A DNA stretch of 64,000 nt, taken from the NCBI RefSeq assembly GCF_964204865.1, contig NC_135254.1:10974001-11038000 (forward strand). The letters run 5' to 3'. A model generated the notes under the pieces. It did not search any database and had not been told where the DNA came from. It was given only the letters and a program-made list of their open reading frames with translations. Within the stretch, counting starts at the first letter, position 1. Each line of letters opens with the position of its first letter. A program made the translations under genes and the position numbers. Origin of the DNA: Styela clava. Its lineage: Eukaryota. Shown here in pieces: positions 59,958 to 64,000 of the stretch.

Positions 59958-61559
59958 ATGATGCTAACAATTCTTCATCGCTATTGCTTTGTTCTCATAT
60001 GTTCGTTTGCTTCTACGTTTGCATTGCTTTGCCCGAAACAAGAATCGTACGAACCGCTGGACATGTCAAGGGTGAGTAATAGAATATAATGTATTGATGT
60101 CAACTCATCCAACGTTTTTGGCGATCATATCAATTGATTGAAATTAATATTTTTTTAAACCCGCTTTATAATGTTTTGAAACCTCCTCACCCCTTTTCTG
60201 TTAATTTTTAGCTTAAGGCTATGGAAGGAACATTCTATGACGTCACAGATATTCCTTATTTTCCGAATGATATTCACTGTTGGGATTATCATAGCTTTGT
60301 AGCGGAAGAAGACGGATTTGCAGTTAATATGACTCAACATGTAGAAGGGTTCGTTAGCCTAATTTTTTGTGTAAATACTCTTCCGATTCCCTCTTTATTT
60401 AAAAAGTGAAAAGACTGTTTTAAAGACATCTATTTATATGTTTCTATGATTCAATAGGATTTCATTAGTCGAAATGATAACGTTTGTATTTCACAGGCGA
60501 ACAGAACCAAATTTAGACGTATATGTTCATTTTGTACCTAACAGAGATGGAACGTATAGAGCAAATAAAGAACACAGTGAGTCGGTATTTTGATTGGTCT
60601 TGTTGATTTCTAAAAATGATGCCGTCTCCGATAAAATGACATTTCAGTTGTATTTGGAAATTTTATCCTCCTGACCCGAAGGCGACATCAATTACTACGT
60701 AGTTAGACGATCAAGCCCTGAAAAAAATTGCATTATTCCGATCGTAATGAATCTCTCGGTTATCAGCTGATTATGTCATGGTTATGTAACACCGATAACG
60801 TGATCGACCCTATTATTTTATTACGGAACCATTTGATACTGATCAATAAACAAAACACCACAGTGTATGTAATATTTTTCAACATCATTACAGTGGAAGC
60901 ATACATGGCCACATCCAAAGAATCGATTTCTCACAAAGCAACGCCGGAAATGGAAGCAGAAATAGAATCAAGTAATTTTGTAGACAAAAGTGAACAAAAC
61001 ATAATAAAAACAATTAACAACAAATTATGAGTTACGCTTCAGAATTATATAGTAACTATAAATTTAAAAAAAAAAGCTATTAAATATATCTTCACAAAAT
61101 GAATTTGAAAAAGATTTGCAGTATCTGTGCAGTGTGGAATATTGTTTTGAAATTTTGAAACAATTTCATTTCACAGCCACGCTGTTATTGTTTTCTATGG
61201 ATGCTTCCATCTTGACTGACTATGAAAACTATTTCATGCTTGTTTTTTGTATTGAAGAAACAGGTGAGCGTTGTTTACATTTCATTATTTTAATTAAGGT
61301 AATTTCGTTGGAATTTTGCTCCCAAAATATTATCTCTAAATTTTTATTTTTGTGGTTGGTAGATATATTAGTATTTGTTTCTAATGTGTACAACAATTGT
61401 GCTATTGTCTCAACAGGTCCACTTGTTGCGATTAAAAACAAGCGAGTTTATCCCACTGGTCAGGATACTCTAAATTTCTGGAACGAGTTCATCAAACACG
61501 GAGATATTCCAAAAAATCCGGTTGCATTCAAAAAGATTTGCGTTCTCAGAGATATTTAG
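59958..61559 (+). CDS. Secreted divergent lipocalin (ApoD/Lazarillo-type, 4 Cys); 6 exons, ~212 aa
   Basis: Exons: 59958-60071, 60212 (or 60218)-60348, 60497-60576, 60894-60971, 61177-61263, 61417-61559 (639 nt, in frame). Signal peptide, then CP..EPLDMSR..EGTFYDV (SCR1-like), ILTDYENYFMLVFC (SCR2 TDY motif) and a C-terminal Cys. Intron phases are 0,2,1,1,1. Confidence 0.75.
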
Positions 61560-62574
61560 CAAAACAAACAGAAAAAGAAAACTGCTGATATAAAATAAGA
61601 GTTTAGGTTTAATAGATATTGTTATATTTATCAGTGTAGTAGCCAATAGATATATGAAATTATTCAGAATATTACGACGCAAAATTTATAGTCTGGGAAG
61701 AGATTATTATTGTCCAATCTTAGCGAGATTATTATTATCATCATTTTTTTCCAGATTAAATATAATTTGAATGGCAAAAATAATTTGTTCAAATAGAATT
61801 ATCTATATTAAATTTTCTTCATTTTCGCTAATGTTTTGTTGCAATCACTGATTCCCCTTTCACTTGGTTAATTTGTCAAACTTTCTGGTTTAGAACATAG
61901 AAATATTTTTAAATGCACAATATTATATATTCTATTATATATAACATATTTGGAACTGTTTACACTTCTTTGTCTTCACATTGCTACACGCAAAAGTTCG
62001 ACTATCGGCGTGTTGCCGATTTTGATTTATAATGATTCGCCAATCGTTTCACTGTTAGCTCTAAAGTGGGACGCTACCATGGTGTCTATAATCTGATTTA
62101 TGGTTTACTTGTCAAACGTAATCCTATCTAGAGCAGTGCTCGTCAACCTTTTTTTTATTGCTACATCCTTTTAACCCTTTCTTAAAATCTGGTACACCCC
62201 GCACATCCTACATTTCAAATACGTAAAAAACTTGGTACTCCCGTAGTATTGTACCAGGCCAATAAAAAAACAGAAGCAAAGAAGTGACTGGAAGCATCTG
62301 GCGCCCATCAACAGCCCAAACCTAAAAAAAAATTGAATTTTGGAGTTTTTTCGTTGGAGTGGGATTGTTATTAGTCATCATCAAGTTTCTTTATAAATAT
62401 TTATATTTTCCTGAGATTATCAGATTCATCCCGCAGTTGAATATTATTTGGTCAAACTTTCTGGTTTAGATTAAAACAAACGAAAAAATCCAAATGCACA
62501 ATATATATACTTAAGACACAGTTTTGAGCAAGAAACAATACGTATATATGTTATATTCTCTAATACACTTCCAG

Positions 62575-63237
62575 TTTCTTTCAGTGCCACATAAAAGAAG
62601 TTCATATGAGTATGTTCCGCTGGTGATGCAAAGTATTAAATCTGTTTTTAACCACACTTGGTGTGAAGCACAATTGTCAATTGAAATAGGTTACTTATTT
62701 TGCCCCACCGTAAGCAGGCTATTTATAAACTTGAAGTTATATTTATATTGCTATTCGAAAGAAAATTATGGACTCCAAGTTCAAGGCCTAGAAAAATCTA
62801 CAATGATAATAGATATGGATGGTATAATGACAATAATATGATAGAAAGCCGGGAGGAGACATAATTGCCTCGCCTCAGAGTGGAATTCGAATTCAGCAGC
62901 AATATTCTCATTAATGCAGACATTGATTAAATCTAACCCATTCAGTGAATAACAATCCCCATCCTTGTATTAAGACGTATTAACACGTTAAAAGTATTGG
63001 TTTTCTCCAATCTATATATATATTTATATATACGATTTATATATATATATTTATATATACTGCATATGTATTTAGGCTCACTTGGAGGGTACAGATGAAA
63101 ATTTTATTCAGTTTGGAATGTTGAAAACGAGCCTTCTACTTCTTTGCAATGGATCACTTCTATATCTGGCTGAATTAACGAATGAAACATCTATTTCTAG
63201 TGCGTTGACCAAGGTGTTGCAAGCTTTTGAACGTTAA
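62575..63237 (+). other. Possible orphan two-exon coding fragment of unknown product
   Basis: ttccag|62575-62709|gtaagc and tttag|63076-63237 (TAA) join in phase 0 without stops (98 aa). AATAAA follows near 63282. No 5' exon was found. Confidence 0.3.
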
Positions 63238-64000
63238 CAAATACTAAGTCTGCATTGAGACTCAAAAAAATGATCAATCTAAATAAATGTTTTGAATGCA
63301 TGTATTTCAAGAATACTCTGAATAAATATAAACTTTCAGCTGAAAGATTTTTTCCGTATATATTGTTCTTGAATTGAGAAACTGATTGTAGTTTGATTAC
63401 TCAAGAATGAAGTCGAAATCCGCATCATCCTGAATAAAAAAATAAAATAAAAAACCGATTAAGAAGGTTTGTTTACAAATTAATATTAAACATCGTGATT
63501 ATAAAATGCTCTATAGAAGGGTGTTATAATAATTATACTTTCAAACCTATGCACCAGAAATATTGAGAGCTATTCCTGGTTATTCTAATATTTAATCAGA
63601 TATGACATGCATGAAAAATACTTTTATATGTCATATAAAATCTGGTTATTGTATTTTTTGGGGAAGATAATTCTATTTATTACTGTTGTAACAACGAAAA
63701 TTACAAAAAAGCCTCCTAATTAATTGAATGTGTGTTAAATCGAATTCGGAACAATATGTAGGTCAGTTCGAATGAAATACAACCGTCCTTTTGTCGTTAA
63801 CCGAATGCTTTAAAATTAAATATATTCATTTGAAACAAGTTGGTGAATAATAAAATAGTTACCAGATATTGACTGTTTTCATTTTCACCATCGTTTTGTA
63901 CTGGCGTCTGAAAAATGAACCGAACTCCATGCAACTTTTCAATCATATTTTACAATCTACTATTAATATAATAATAAATAATATACTATTAAATTGAAAA

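Overview
This is AT-rich, intron-rich animal genomic DNA, not prokaryotic. Gene content, compact GT-AG introns and repeat types suggest an invertebrate chordate such as a tunicate; that is an inference and was not tested. Most ORFs in the supplied track are spurious or are single exons read into introns. Manual splicing gave four frame-consistent genes. (1) A LINGO-like LRRNT-LRR-LRRCT(-Ig) receptor on the minus strand, 13373 to <1, 3'-partial. (2) KDM1A/LSD1 on the plus strand, 22875-36981, 14 coding exons, 771 aa, with an unusual 20-aa insertion just after the catalytic lysine. (3) SMG7 on the plus strand, 39834-55520, 22 coding exons, 1316 aa, preceded by a uORF whose stop overlaps the start codons. 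(4) A divergent ApoD-type lipocalin on the plus strand, 59958-61559, about 212 aa, with a frameshifted duplicate of its first exon upstream. Introns and intergenic DNA are dense in transposon remnants: hAT MITEs with 8-bp TSDs, a four-layer nested stack upstream of KDM1A, a piggyBac-like relic with five long palindromes, an Academ-like relic, a Helentron/HINE-type element, and a short inverted-repeat element carrying a hammerhead-ribozyme-like core. No rRNA, tRNA or CRISPR array was seen. Family assignments rest on recalled motifs, not on database searches.
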